The notes under the pieces were generated by a model, which worked only from the letters and a program-made list of their open reading frames with translations, was not told the origin of the DNA and did not search any database. Shown in pieces: positions 9,445 to 18,703 of a DNA stretch of 64,000 nucleotides (positions are counted from its first letter, which is position 1; each line of letters opens with the position of its first letter). This DNA is from Frankiaceae bacterium (GTDB lineage: Bacteria; Actinomycetota; Actinomycetes; JAFAQI01): the NCBI GenBank assembly GCA_025929315.1, contig JAICMI010000002.1:209-64208 (forward strand), written 5' to 3'. The translations under genes were made by a program, and so were the position numbers.

Positions 9445-11163
9445 TCACCACGTCAACTTGGCGTGCGGCGGCTTGGTGCCGGTCGGCGGAACCTTCAACG
9501 ACTGCAACGCGAAGCTCATGACGTTGTGGAAGACGGGAGCGGCGACGAGCCCACCGAAGTGGCCCTTGCGGGGGTTTTGCAGGACGACCTCGACGAGCAG
9601 CTTGGGGTCGTCGGCCGGCGCGAACCCGACGAACGAGGCGGTGTAGCCGGCGCCGCCATAGCCACCGTGCCCGTTGGGACGGTTGGCCGTACCGGTCTTT
9701 CCCGCGATCCGGTAGCCCGGGATGCGCGCGAGCGGCGCGGTGCCCTCGGTGGTGGTGACCGCCTCGAGCATGTCGCTCAGCTGGTGGGCGACGCGAGCGT
9801 CGATCACCCGGTGCTGCTCGGGCGGTGGGGACGGTTTCCGCGTCCCGTCAGCTTCGATCCGGGCGGACACCAGGTTGGGCGTGACCCGGATGCCGCCGTT
9901 GGCGATCGTCGCGTAGACGCTTGCCACCTGCAGCGCGGTGACGCCCACGCCTTGTCCGAACGCGGCCGTGGGCAGCGTGCTCGGCGTCCAGCTACGCAAC
10001 CGGGGCAGCAGGCCGATACCGTCGCCGGGCAGGCCGACACCCGTCGGCGCACCGAAGCCGTAGGCACGCAGGTAGTGATACATACGCGCGGCGCCCAACC
10101 GGTTGGCGACCTCGATCGTGCCGATGTTGCTCGACTTGGCCAGGATGCCGGTCAGCGTGAGCCGCTCGACGCCGTGCGGCTCCGCGTCGTGGAAGATGAA
10201 CCCCGCGTCACGCAGCTGACCCGGTACGACGAACGGCGACTTCGGAGTGGCCACCCCGTCCTGAAGCGCGGCGGACATGGTGATGACCTTGTTGACGCTG
10301 CCCGGCTCGTAGACCTCGCTGATCGCCGGGTCTCCGAACGAGGCGCTCGGGCTGGCCGAAGGGTTGTTGGGATCGAACCCCGGCGAGACTGCGAGCGCCA
10401 GGATCTGGCCGGTGCGCGGGTCCATCACGATGACCGTGCCGCTGTCGGCCTGCACCGACTTGACCTGCGCGGCGATCGCCTGCTGTGCCTTCCACTGGAT
10501 GTCACGCTGGATCGTCAGCTCGAGCCCGGTGCCCGACACGGCCGGTTTGACGACGTCCTGCCCATCGGGGATCGGCGAGCCGGACAGCCCGGTCTCGAAC
10601 GTGCGCACGCCGTCGTGTCCGGACAGCGTCTTCTGGAAGGAGTACTCGAGTCCGGCGAGCCCGTCGCCGTCCGCGTTGGCGAACCCGACGACGTTGGAGG
10701 CAAGCGTCCCGGCCGGGTAGATGCGCTTCATCGTCGGCAGCACCCCGATGCCCGGCAGCTTCAGGTCGATGACCTTGGCCGCGAGCTGTGGGCTCGCCTG
10801 GCGAAGCAGGTAGACGAACGAGGTCTTCTTGGAGAGCAGCGGCTCGAGCACGTTGGCCCGGACACCGAGCAGCGGGGCGAGACGACCCGCCTCGGTCGCG
10901 GCGTCGACGACCTTCTGGGGGTCGGCGTAGACGTCGCGAGCGTCGACGGTCTCGGCCAACGGGTTGCCGTCCCGGTCGACAATCTCGCCGCGGGGTGCGG
11001 ACAGCGCGACCGTGTGCAGCCGCTGCTTCTCGGCCATCGCGGTGTAGGTCGTGCTGTCGAGCCCCTGCAGCTGCACCAGCCGCCCGGCGACCAGCGACAA
11101 GATGATCAAGCTGCCGAGGAGGAAGAGCTCGATGCGCTTGCGCGGATCGGGCCTTCGACTCAT
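9445..11163 (-). CDS. ftsI: Penicillin-binding protein 2 / FtsI (peptidoglycan D,D-transpeptidase)
   Basis: N-terminal TM segment, PBP dimerisation domain, and transpeptidase motifs SVNK, SSN and KTGT. Confidence 0.9.
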   Translation of the reverse strand: MSRRPDPRKRIELFLLGSLIILSLVAGRLVQLQGLDSTTYTAMAEKQRLHTVALSAPRGEIVDRDGNPLAETVDARDVYADPQKVVDAATEAGRLAPLLGVRANVLEPLLSKKTSFVYLLRQASPQLAAKVIDLKLPGIGVLPTMKRIYPAGTLASNVVGFANADGDGLAGLEYSFQKTLSGHDGVRTFETGLSGSPIPDGQDVVKPAVSGTGLELTIQRDIQWKAQQAIAAQVKSVQADSGTVIVMDPRTGQILALAVSPGFDPNNPSASPSASFGDPAISEVYEPGSVNKVITMSAALQDGVATPKSPFVVPGQLRDAGFIFHDAEPHGVERLTLTGILAKSSNIGTIEVANRLGAARMYHYLRAYGFGAPTGVGLPGDGIGLLPRLRSWTPSTLPTAAFGQGVGVTALQVASVYATIANGGIRVTPNLVSARIEADGTRKPSPPPEQHRVIDARVAHQLSDMLEAVTTTEGTAPLARIPGYRIAGKTGTANRPNGHGGYGGAGYTASFVGFAPADDPKLLVEVVLQNPRKGHFGGLVAAPVFHNVMSFALQSLKVPPTGTKPPHAKLTW

Positions 11164-11714
11164 GGCGTAAGCCTGCCGCCTCGTCCCCTGTGCGCCGGTG
11201 TGACGCGCCGATTCGTCGTCGTCTTAGCCGCCTTCTTGTTGGCCTGGGCCGACTTTGTGGCGGCGGACGCGCTCGGGCTCGGCGACGGCGAGGCGCTCGG
11301 CGCGGGCGGTGGAGGCGGTGGCGCAGCGGCTTGTACGACGCCGACGACCTTGCCGTGGTGATGCAGATCGACATAGGCGATCGACCCGGTCGGCACCATG
11401 CCGAGTGCACGGGCGCGCGCGCCGAGCGCGGCCGGCGCTTCCTGCTGCTGGTTGGCGACGGCGAGCTGCTCCTCGGTGTCGTCCAGCGCGGCTGACGCCT
11501 TCTGCAAGGCCTGCAACCGGAAGGCGTCCTGCGCCGCCATCGTGTGCAGGAGCAACAAGGCGACGAGGCCGGCAGAGAGGATCGCGCCGATGAAGAGCGC
11601 GAAGGGCAGCCGGGCCGCAGTCAGCGGTCGGGCTGCGACGAGACGCAGTGACGGCCGGTGTGACTCGACCTCGCGTTGAGGTCGCGTCCGAACCGTAGCC
11701 GTAGCCATGTTCAT
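11160..11714 (-). CDS. ftsL: Cell division protein FtsL-like (bitopic membrane protein with Pro/Ala-rich tail)
   Basis: Occupies the canonical dcw position between rsmH and ftsI. Single TM segment ([21 protein letters not shown]) followed by a coiled-coil-like stretch. ATGA overlaps at both ends. Confidence 0.6.
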   Translation of the reverse strand: MNMATATVRTRPQREVESHRPSLRLVAARPLTAARLPFALFIGAILSAGLVALLLLHTMAAQDAFRLQALQKASAALDDTEEQLAVANQQQEAPAALGARARALGMVPTGSIAYVDLHHHGKVVGVVQAAAPPPPPPAPSASPSPSPSASAATKSAQANKKAAKTTTNRRVTPAHRGRGGRLTP

Positions 11715-12775
11715 GCTGCTTCCCGGATGCGTTCGGCGGCTCGCAGCCGTGCGGAGGCCGCGCGGGGGTTGTCGGCGACTTCCCGGTCGTCGGGCTTCTC
11801 GGCGCCTCGCGTGAGCAGCCGCAGCCGTGGGGCAGCGCTCTCCGGCACGATCGGGAGATCAGGGGGTGCGGTGACACTCGCGCCGGCGGCCAGCACGCGC
11901 TTGACGATGCGGTCCTCCAGCGACTGGTAGGCCATGACGACGATGCGGCCTCCGACCCGGAGCGCCTCCACGGCAGCGGGCAGGGCGCGTTCGAGCACGC
12001 CAAGCTCGTCGTTGACCTCGATGCGCAAGGCCTGAAACGTGCGCTTCGCCGGGTGACCGCCAACACGCCGGGTGGCCGCCGGCACGGCCGACCGGACGAG
12101 CTCGGCCAGCCGAGCCGAGGAGGTCAGCGGGCCGGCGGCCCGCTCCCGGACGATGGCAGTCGCGATCCGGCGGGCGAAGCGCTCCTCGCCGTACTCGCGC
12201 AGCACGCGGGCGAGCTGGTCGACGGAGTAGGTGTTGACCACCTCCGCCGCCGTGAGGGTGACGGTCGAGTCCATCCGCATGTCGAGCGCGGTGTCCCGGG
12301 AGTAGGAGAAGCCGCGGTCGCCGTCGTCGAGCTGCATCGAGGAGACGCCCAGGTCGAAAAGCGCGCCGTCGATGCGCTCGACACCCTGCGCGCGCAGCAC
12401 CTCCGGCAGAGCGTCGTACACCGCATGAACGAGTGCGATGCGGGAGCGGTAGGCGGCGAGCCGGTCGGTGGACACGGCGAGCGCGCGCGTGTCGCGGTCG
12501 ATCCCGATGAGGCGGAGATGCGGGTGGTCGGCGAGCAGAGCGGCGGCGTGGCCGCCGAGCCCCAGGGTCGCGTCGACCAGGACCGCGCCGTCACCCGCCA
12601 ACGCGGGCTCGAGCAGCTGGCGGACTCGCTCCGGCATCACCGGCTGGTGTCCACGCGACTCGCCCACTCGCGTCCTCTCTGCTGCTGTCAGGTGGTGGAG
12701 GGACGTGGAGACTGGTCCCCGCCCCCCGCGCCTGGCGCCGGGGAAGGTGCGCCAGGTGCCGCGGGCGGGAGCCAA
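11711..12775 (-). CDS. rsmH: 16S rRNA (cytosine1402-N4)-methyltransferase RsmH (MraW)
   Basis: HQPVM (HxPVL) motif and [19 protein letters not shown]-binding region. N-terminal extension as in mycobacterial RsmH. Confidence 0.9.
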   Translation of the reverse strand: MAPARGTWRTFPGARRGGRGPVSTSLHHLTAAERTRVGESRGHQPVMPERVRQLLEPALAGDGAVLVDATLGLGGHAAALLADHPHLRLIGIDRDTRALAVSTDRLAAYRSRIALVHAVYDALPEVLRAQGVERIDGALFDLGVSSMQLDDGDRGFSYSRDTALDMRMDSTVTLTAAEVVNTYSVDQLARVLREYGEERFARRIATAIVRERAAGPLTSSARLAELVRSAVPAATRRVGGHPAKRTFQALRIEVNDELGVLERALPAAVEALRVGGRIVVMAYQSLEDRIVKRVLAAGASVTAPPDLPIVPESAAPRLRLLTRGAEKPDDREVADNPRAASARLRAAERIREAA

Positions 12776-12817
12776 CCGCCACGTCCTTCGTGCTGCATGC
12801 CTCTGGTCGAAGCTGTG

Positions 12818-13249
12818 TCAGAAGATGCCGGGCAGCACCTCCTCGGACATCGAGGAGAAGTGCTCCTCGGACGCGCTGAGGTAGTCGGTCCAGGCGGCGG
12901 AGTCCCAGATCTCGACCCGTGTGTTGGCGCCGATGACGACGCACTCCCGGTCCAGTCCGGCGTAGTCGCGCAGCGGGGGCGGAACGGTGATGCGTCCCTG
13001 CTTGTCGGGCACCTCGTCGTGGGCGGACGCGAAGAACACCCGGCTGTAGTCCCGGGCGACGCGTGCCGTGAGTGGTGCCTCACGCAGCCGCGTGGTGATC
13101 CCGGCGAACTCCTCGGCGGCGAAGACGTAGAGGCATCGCTCCTGCCCCTTGGTGATCACGAGCCCGGCCGCCAGCTCGTCACGGAACTTGGCAGGGAGAA
13201 ACAGCCGGCCCTTGTCATCGAGCCGGGGCGAGTAGGTGCCGAGAAACAC
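12818..13249 (-). CDS. mraZ: Transcriptional regulator MraZ
   Basis: [23 protein letters not shown]... with two DXXXR-like repeats. GTG at 13247-13249 is preceded by GGGGAGG 6 nt upstream. The longer ORF N-terminus covers the operator region. Confidence 0.9.
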   Translation of the reverse strand: MFLGTYSPRLDDKGRLFLPAKFRDELAAGLVITKGQERCLYVFAAEEFAGITTRLREAPLTARVARDYSRVFFASAHDEVPDKQGRITVPPPLRDYAGLDRECVVIGANTRVEIWDSAAWTDYLSASEEHFSSMSEEVLPGIF

Positions 13250-13290
13250 GCCCCGCCTCCCCAACTCACCGACCGGAAGTGCGATACCTC

Positions 13291-13326
13291 CCCCACAGCG
13301 CTCCACACTACTCCACTTCACTCCCC
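13291..13326 (-). promoter_or_regulatory. Putative MraZ operator: four direct GTGG(A/G)G repeats with 10-bp periodicity
   Basis: On the mraZ coding strand this reads GGGGAG tgaa GTGGAG tagt GTGGAG cgct GTGGGG, 42-77 nt upstream of the mraZ GTG. It matches the known MraZ-box architecture (GTGGG-like repeats with 10-nt period). Confidence 0.55.
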
Positions 13327-13457
13327 CGTCAACCAAAACGCGCGAAGTTCACCCCACAAGAGCGGCGAAAGCGCCGCGCGCCGGTTGTTCCTGACTCGTG
13401 ACCTCGAAGGCAATGGCGTCGGCCGTCGAACCTGACAGACTTGTGATGCGTCAGTAG

Positions 13458-14519
13458 GTGTGCGGACCGCAGCCGGGGGGCTGCGGCAACGACGCTGAAA
13501 GTGAGGCAACGGTGCCGAGCCGCAGATCCAGTGCGCCGCTCGAGTTCGAGGACGTCGCGGAGCGCGCGGCCCGGATCGTCGATGCGGTCGAGCAGGTCAT
13601 CCAGGGCAAGAACGACGCCGTCCGGCTGGCCGTGACCGTCATGCTCGCCGAGGGGCATCTGCTGATCGAGGACGTCCCCGGCGTCGGCAAGACCATGCTC
13701 GCCAAGGCGCTCGCCCGGTCGATCGACTGCTCCGTACGACGGATCCAGTTCACCCCGGACCTGTTGCCGTCCGACGTGACCGGCGTCTCGGTGTGGAACC
13801 AGGACACCCGCGAGTTCGAGTTCAAGCCGGGCGCGATCTTCGCCAACATCGTCGTCGGTGACGAGATCAACCGCGCCTCGCCCAAGACGCAGTCAGCCCT
13901 GCTGGAATGCATGGAGGAGCGTCACGTCACGGTCGACGGCACGACCTACGAGCTCGAACCGCCGTTCATGGTCCTGGCCACGCAGAACCCGGTCGAGATG
14001 GAAGGCACCTATCCGCTCCCGGAGGCGCAGCGCGACCGTTTCACCGCTCGGCTCGCGATCGGCTACCCCTCGCCGGATGCCGAGCTCGAGATGGTCGACC
14101 AGCACGGCGCCGGCTCGCCGCTCGACGACCTGGAGCCCGTCTCGGACGCACTCGAGGTCGCCAAGCTGACCCAGGCCGTGCGTTCCGTGCACATCGCCGA
14201 GTCCGTCCGCCGCTACGCAATCGACCTGGTCACGGCGACGCGCGACAACCGCGACCTGCGCCTCGGTGCGTCCCCGCGCGCCACGCTGCACCTGCTGCGA
14301 ACCGGTCGGGCCGCGGCAGCGTTGGATGGCCGCGACTTCGTGCTGCCTGATGACGTGCAGACCCTCGCGGTTCCCGTGCTCGCGCATCGACTGCTGCTCT
14401 CGGCCGAGGCGCAGGTGTCCCGTCGTACGACGCAAGCGGTGGTTGCCGACGTGCTCGCGGCCGTGCCCGTGCCCAGCACCGAGCGGCCTCGAGCCACCCG
14501 GACGCGGCGTAGCGGCTAG
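13458..14519 (+). CDS. MoxR-family AAA+ ATPase
   Basis: Walker A DVPGVGKT, VVGDEINRASPKTQSALLECMEE, and MoxR C-terminal domain. The true start may be GTG 13512 (GAGG 5 nt upstream). Confidence 0.85.
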   Translation: MCGPQPGGCGNDAESEATVPSRRSSAPLEFEDVAERAARIVDAVEQVIQGKNDAVRLAVTVMLAEGHLLIEDVPGVGKTMLAKALARSIDCSVRRIQFTPDLLPSDVTGVSVWNQDTREFEFKPGAIFANIVVGDEINRASPKTQSALLECMEERHVTVDGTTYELEPPFMVLATQNPVEMEGTYPLPEAQRDRFTARLAIGYPSPDAELEMVDQHGAGSPLDDLEPVSDALEVAKLTQAVRSVHIAESVRRYAIDLVTATRDNRDLRLGASPRATLHLLRTGRAAAALDGRDFVLPDDVQTLAVPVLAHRLLLSAEAQVSRRTTQAVVADVLAAVPVPSTERPRATRTRRSG

Positions 14520-14544
14520 ACACGGAAACCATCAGGACAGCAGC

Positions 14545-15861
14545 GTGCCACGCGTCGACCAGACACTCGCCGGACTCACGGTCCGCGGCCGCTGTCTGCT
14601 GGCGGCAGGCATCGCCGCGGTGGTCTGCGCTGCCGCGTTGCACGAGGTCAACCTCCTGCGCATCGGCCTGTTCGCCCTCGCGTTGCCGCTGATCTCCTAC
14701 GCGATGGTGTCGCGGACCCGCTATCGGCTGACCTGCACGCGCCGGTTGGATCCGGTCCGGGTCAACGCCGGCAGCGCCGCGCGGGTCCTGCTGCGGTTGC
14801 AGAACGTGTCCAGACTGCCGACCGGCTTGATGCTGGCCGAGGACACCGTCCCCTACATGCTCGGCGGTCGGCCCCGCTTCGTACTGGACCGAGTCCTGCC
14901 GCAGCGCTCGGTCGACGTGGACTACACAGTCCGGTCTCAGCTGCGCGGGCGCTACCGGCTCGGACCGCTGACGGTCCGGCTGACCGATCCGTTCGGCGTC
15001 TGTGAGCTGACGCGCTCGTTCAGCGCATCGGACCTGCTGGTCGTGACTCCGCAGGTGGTGACACTGCCGGAGGTGCGACTGGGCGGTGACTGGGCCGGTG
15101 CCGGCGAGAGCCGCGCGCGGTCGGTTGCGACGGCCGGTGAGGACGACGCTGCGACCCGTGAGTACCGACAAGGCGACGACCTGCGACGGATCCACTGGCG
15201 GTCGACGGCGCGCCGCGGCGAATTGATGGTGCGGCGCGAGGAACAGCCATGGCAGAGCCGCGCCGCGCTGCTGCTCGACTGCCGGGGCACGGCTCACCAC
15301 GGCGACGGGCCGCTGTCCTCGTTGGAGTGGGCCATCTCGGCGGCGGCATCGATCGGACTCCATCTGGCCCGGGCCGGCTTCGCCATGCGCGTCGTCGGCG
15401 ACGCGGGTGACGAGGTGGCGAGCGCGGCCGTGGGCAGCGAGTCCTTCGACGGTCTGCTGCTCGATGACCTCGCGGTGCGGACCGCATCTACCGGGACCAG
15501 CATTCGCGCCGGCATCACGTCGATCCGGCGTGGTGGCGGCGAGGAGATGCTCGTCGCCGTCGTTGGCCCGCTCAACTCGGAGGACGCGCAAACCCTTGCG
15601 CGCGCTGCGCACGGCGGCCCGTCCGTCGGCGTTGCGGTCGTGCTCGACACCGCGACCTGGACGGCACTCGCGCCACGGGCCATGACCGCGGCTCAGGAGG
15701 CGCATCGACACACCTGCGAGGTGCTCGCGGCGGCGGGTTGGCGGGTCGTGCCGGCTCGCGCGGGCGAGTCGCTCACGGACCTGTGGCCCGCCGCAGGCGC
15801 CGGCGCAACCGCGGCCGCCGGCAGGGACAGCGCCCTGCTCAAGGTGGGTGCGACGCGATGA
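14545..15861 (+). CDS. DUF58 domain protein (MoxR-associated, vWA-like)
   Basis: GTG at 14545 with AGGA upstream. Two N-terminal TM helices then a DUF58 core (DDLRRIHWRSTARRGELMVRREE). Confidence 0.8.
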   Translation: MPRVDQTLAGLTVRGRCLLAAGIAAVVCAAALHEVNLLRIGLFALALPLISYAMVSRTRYRLTCTRRLDPVRVNAGSAARVLLRLQNVSRLPTGLMLAEDTVPYMLGGRPRFVLDRVLPQRSVDVDYTVRSQLRGRYRLGPLTVRLTDPFGVCELTRSFSASDLLVVTPQVVTLPEVRLGGDWAGAGESRARSVATAGEDDAATREYRQGDDLRRIHWRSTARRGELMVRREEQPWQSRAALLLDCRGTAHHGDGPLSSLEWAISAAASIGLHLARAGFAMRVVGDAGDEVASAAVGSESFDGLLLDDLAVRTASTGTSIRAGITSIRRGGGEEMLVAVVGPLNSEDAQTLARAAHGGPSVGVAVVLDTATWTALAPRAMTAAQEAHRHTCEVLAAAGWRVVPARAGESLTDLWPAAGAGATAAAGRDSALLKVGATR

Positions 15862-18230
15862 CCGGGCGACTGCGCATCGCCTTCCACGGTGGACTCGCAA
15901 CGTTCGCAGCGGCGACAGCGCTGGGCAGTGTCTTCGACGGCTACGGCTGGATCTTCCCGGTGCTGGGCGGCATCGCAGTGGTGGTCGTCATCAGCGAGCT
16001 CGTCCGGATGTCCCCGCTGCCTGCTGCGCTCGGACCGCTGCTGGCTGCTGCCGGCGTCACCGGCTATGTCACCGCGACCTATTCAGGGTCCGCCGCCTAC
16101 GGGCACGTGATCCCCAACGGCGCGTCGTTGCACGTGCTCTCGACCATCGCCCGACAGGGATTCCACGACATCGACAAGCTCAGTACGCCGGTGCCGACGC
16201 ATCAGGGACTGGTGTTTCTCGCCGTCGTGGGCGTCGCGGCGGTTGCCCTCGTCGTGGACCTCCTCGCAGTGACCATGCGCCACGCCGCTGTCGCGGGACT
16301 GCCGCTCTTGGCGACGTTCGCGTTGTGCACGTCAGTGGCGAAGCACGGTGCAGGATGGGTGCCGTTCGTCCTCGCCACGACGGGCTATCTGTGGCTGCTG
16401 CTCGCCGACTCACGTGACCGGCTGTCGCGCTGGGGGCGGCCGCTGGGTCTGGAGCCTGAGGGCCGGCCGCGGTTCAACTGGTCCGACCAAGAGGTCATGC
16501 CGTCGCCGCTGTCGGTCATGGGCCGTCGCATCGGGTTGTCGGCGATCGCGATCGGCGTGCTCGTGCCGCTGCTCATCCCGGGTCTTCGTGGCGGCATCCC
16601 GCGAGGTGGGCACGGACTCGGCATCGGCAGCGGGTCGAGCGAGCGGTTCACGGTCAACCCGATCGTGCGCATTCAAGGTCAGCTGACCAGCAGCAAGGCC
16701 GTGCCGCTCATGTCGGTGCGCACCTCCGATCCCGACCCCGGTTATCTGCGCCTGACGGCACTCGACGAGTTCGACGGCGACTCGTTCAAGCCCTCGGTGC
16801 TCCGACAGCCCGCGGAAGCCCAGGTGAGTCGCGGCATCAGCTCACCCGCGGTCACGGGACCCCTGCGCACGGTGCAGATCGCCATCGGCGGACTGGACGT
16901 GCCTTGGCTGCCACTCCCCCAGCAGGTCGAGAACGTCGAGGTGCCCGGCGACTGGCGTTACGACCCGCCGTCCAACACCGTGTTCTCCGCCCGGGTCGGC
17001 ACATCCGGCCTGTCCTATGCGGCGCAGTTCGTCCGCCCTCATCCGACAGCCACAGCACTCGAGGGCGCCGTGCTGCCGGATCAGTCGATGGCCTCCTACC
17101 TGCAGCTGCCGTTCATCCCGGATGCAGTGCGCGCCAAGACGGAAGAAGTCACCGCTGACGCGACGACACCGTTCGACAAAGCAGTGGCTATCCAACAGTT
17201 CTTGCGCAGCTCTCCCTTCCAGTACTCGCTGCATGTCGATGCCAGTGACAGCACCAACGCCTTGTCCGACTTCCTGCTCAAGACGCACCGCGGCTTCTGT
17301 CAGCAGTACGCAGCCGCAATGGCCGTCATGGCGCGGTTGTCCGGCATCCCCTCACGCGTCGCAGTCGGGTTCACTCGCGGCGAGGCAGGAACGGACGGGA
17401 CCTACACCGTCACGACCCACGACGCGCACGCGTGGCCGGAGCTCTACTTCGGGGGTTACGGCTGGCTTCCGTTCGAGCCGACGCCCCGTAGTGATGGGCA
17501 AGCGCAACAACCTGCCTACACGGTCGAGCAGACTGCGACGCCTACGCCGGGCCAGGACGTGAACGGTGCCAACGGCAAGGGTGCCAACGGCAAGACCAAG
17601 AGCAACGTGCCCAACAAGCTCGACCGGCTCAACAACGACACCAACTTGCGCGGTGTCGGTCCGACCGCGCCGGCTGGCCCGGTGGCGCAGCCCAACCACA
17701 CCCGTCGAGACGTTGCGTTGTCATTGCTGGCAGTGCTCCTCGTCGCACTGATCACGCCGTCGATCGTTCGCGTCGTACAGCGTCGACGACGTTGGCGACG
17801 AGCCGACACACCGACCGAACGCGCCGCCGCGGCATGGGCGGAGCTGCGAGCATCCGCGATTGACGCCAAAGCCGGATGGATCGACGGCTTGACGCCGCGA
17901 GCGACCGTGCGCGTGTTGCGTGCAGAAGCATCCGGTCTTGATGCAGCCGATGCGGCATCGCTCGAACGGATCGTCAATGCCGTGCAACGCGCTTGGTATG
18001 CGCGCACGGGTGCGCAGATCAAGAACGACACCCTCGAGGCTGACGTCGACGACATTCGCAGCTCGCTGTTCGCGGACGCACCGCTTGGCGAACGGCTCGT
18101 TCTCAAGCTGTGGCCGCGGTCGGTGCTCAGGGATGCGCGTGACCTCACCGGTCGTTTTGCCACGGTGCTGGACGCGCTCGACGTCGCCGGTGCACGCCTA
18201 CGTGCGCGACTGCGCCCCCGCCACGTGTAG
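15858..18230 (+). CDS. Transglutaminase-like domain membrane protein (DUF3488 / TGase core / DUF4129)
   Basis: ATG at 15858 overlaps the DUF58 TGA (ATGA). Multi-TM N-terminus, Cys-His-Asp core (HRGFCQQYAAAMAVMARLSG...HAWPELYFGGYGWLPFEPTP), and a TM anchor near the C-terminus. Confidence 0.8.
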   Translation: MTGRLRIAFHGGLATFAAATALGSVFDGYGWIFPVLGGIAVVVVISELVRMSPLPAALGPLLAAAGVTGYVTATYSGSAAYGHVIPNGASLHVLSTIARQGFHDIDKLSTPVPTHQGLVFLAVVGVAAVALVVDLLAVTMRHAAVAGLPLLATFALCTSVAKHGAGWVPFVLATTGYLWLLLADSRDRLSRWGRPLGLEPEGRPRFNWSDQEVMPSPLSVMGRRIGLSAIAIGVLVPLLIPGLRGGIPRGGHGLGIGSGSSERFTVNPIVRIQGQLTSSKAVPLMSVRTSDPDPGYLRLTALDEFDGDSFKPSVLRQPAEAQVSRGISSPAVTGPLRTVQIAIGGLDVPWLPLPQQVENVEVPGDWRYDPPSNTVFSARVGTSGLSYAAQFVRPHPTATALEGAVLPDQSMASYLQLPFIPDAVRAKTEEVTADATTPFDKAVAIQQFLRSSPFQYSLHVDASDSTNALSDFLLKTHRGFCQQYAAAMAVMARLSGIPSRVAVGFTRGEAGTDGTYTVTTHDAHAWPELYFGGYGWLPFEPTPRSDGQAQQPAYTVEQTATPTPGQDVNGANGKGANGKTKSNVPNKLDRLNNDTNLRGVGPTAPAGPVAQPNHTRRDVALSLLAVLLVALITPSIVRVVQRRRRWRRADTPTERAAAAWAELRASAIDAKAGWIDGLTPRATVRVLRAEASGLDAADAASLERIVNAVQRAWYARTGAQIKNDTLEADVDDIRSSLFADAPLGERLVLKLWPRSVLRDARDLTGRFATVLDALDVAGARLRARLRPRHV

Positions 18231-18245
18231 CGCGGCTCTCAGCCG

Positions 18246-18626
18246 CTAGCGGCCCTCGTCCTGCCGTCGCTGCCACCGCTCCTCGAGCCGGTTCTTGAGC
18301 GACTCTTTCGGGGCGCGTGCTTTCGGTTGCTTGGGCGCCGGCTGGCGGGAGCGAGTCGACAGGGCGAGCCAGGCTCCGAGGAGCATGAGGACGAAGCCGG
18401 CAACACCGAGGGCGACACCGACGATGATGCTGTTGCCCTGGACGATGACGCCGGCGACGAGCAGGCCGAGGCCGACCACGACCAACAGGACGGCACGGAT
18501 GGCGCGAACGCGCTGGAGGCTGCGGAGATCCTTGACGCGCCAGTTGCGCGCGAACTTCGGGTCCTCGGCATAGAGAGCCTGCTCGATCTGCTCGAGCAGT
18601 CGCTGCTCGTGCTCGGAGAGCGGCAC
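18246..18626 (-). CDS. DUF3040 family small membrane protein (Rv2169c-like)
   Basis: VPLSEHEQRLLEQIEQALYAEDPKFA signature plus two TM helices. GTG at 18624-18626 preceded by GGAGGAG. Confidence 0.7.
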   Translation of the reverse strand: MPLSEHEQRLLEQIEQALYAEDPKFARNWRVKDLRSLQRVRAIRAVLLVVVGLGLLVAGVIVQGNSIIVGVALGVAGFVLMLLGAWLALSTRSRQPAPKQPKARAPKESLKNRLEERWQRRQDEGR

Positions 18627-18703
18627 GGCTCCTCCATCGGACGCGTCCCTTTGGCTACAGGATACGAGCGGGCGCGCGGCTCGGGAAGCGAAGTCCGTAA
18701 CCG

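Noticed and set aside
7863-11361. Plus-strand ORFs 7863..9521 (552 aa) and 9463..11361 (632 aa)
   Set aside because: Antisense shadows of murE and ftsI, with Arg/Gly/Asp-rich composition typical of GC-skewed reverse frames.
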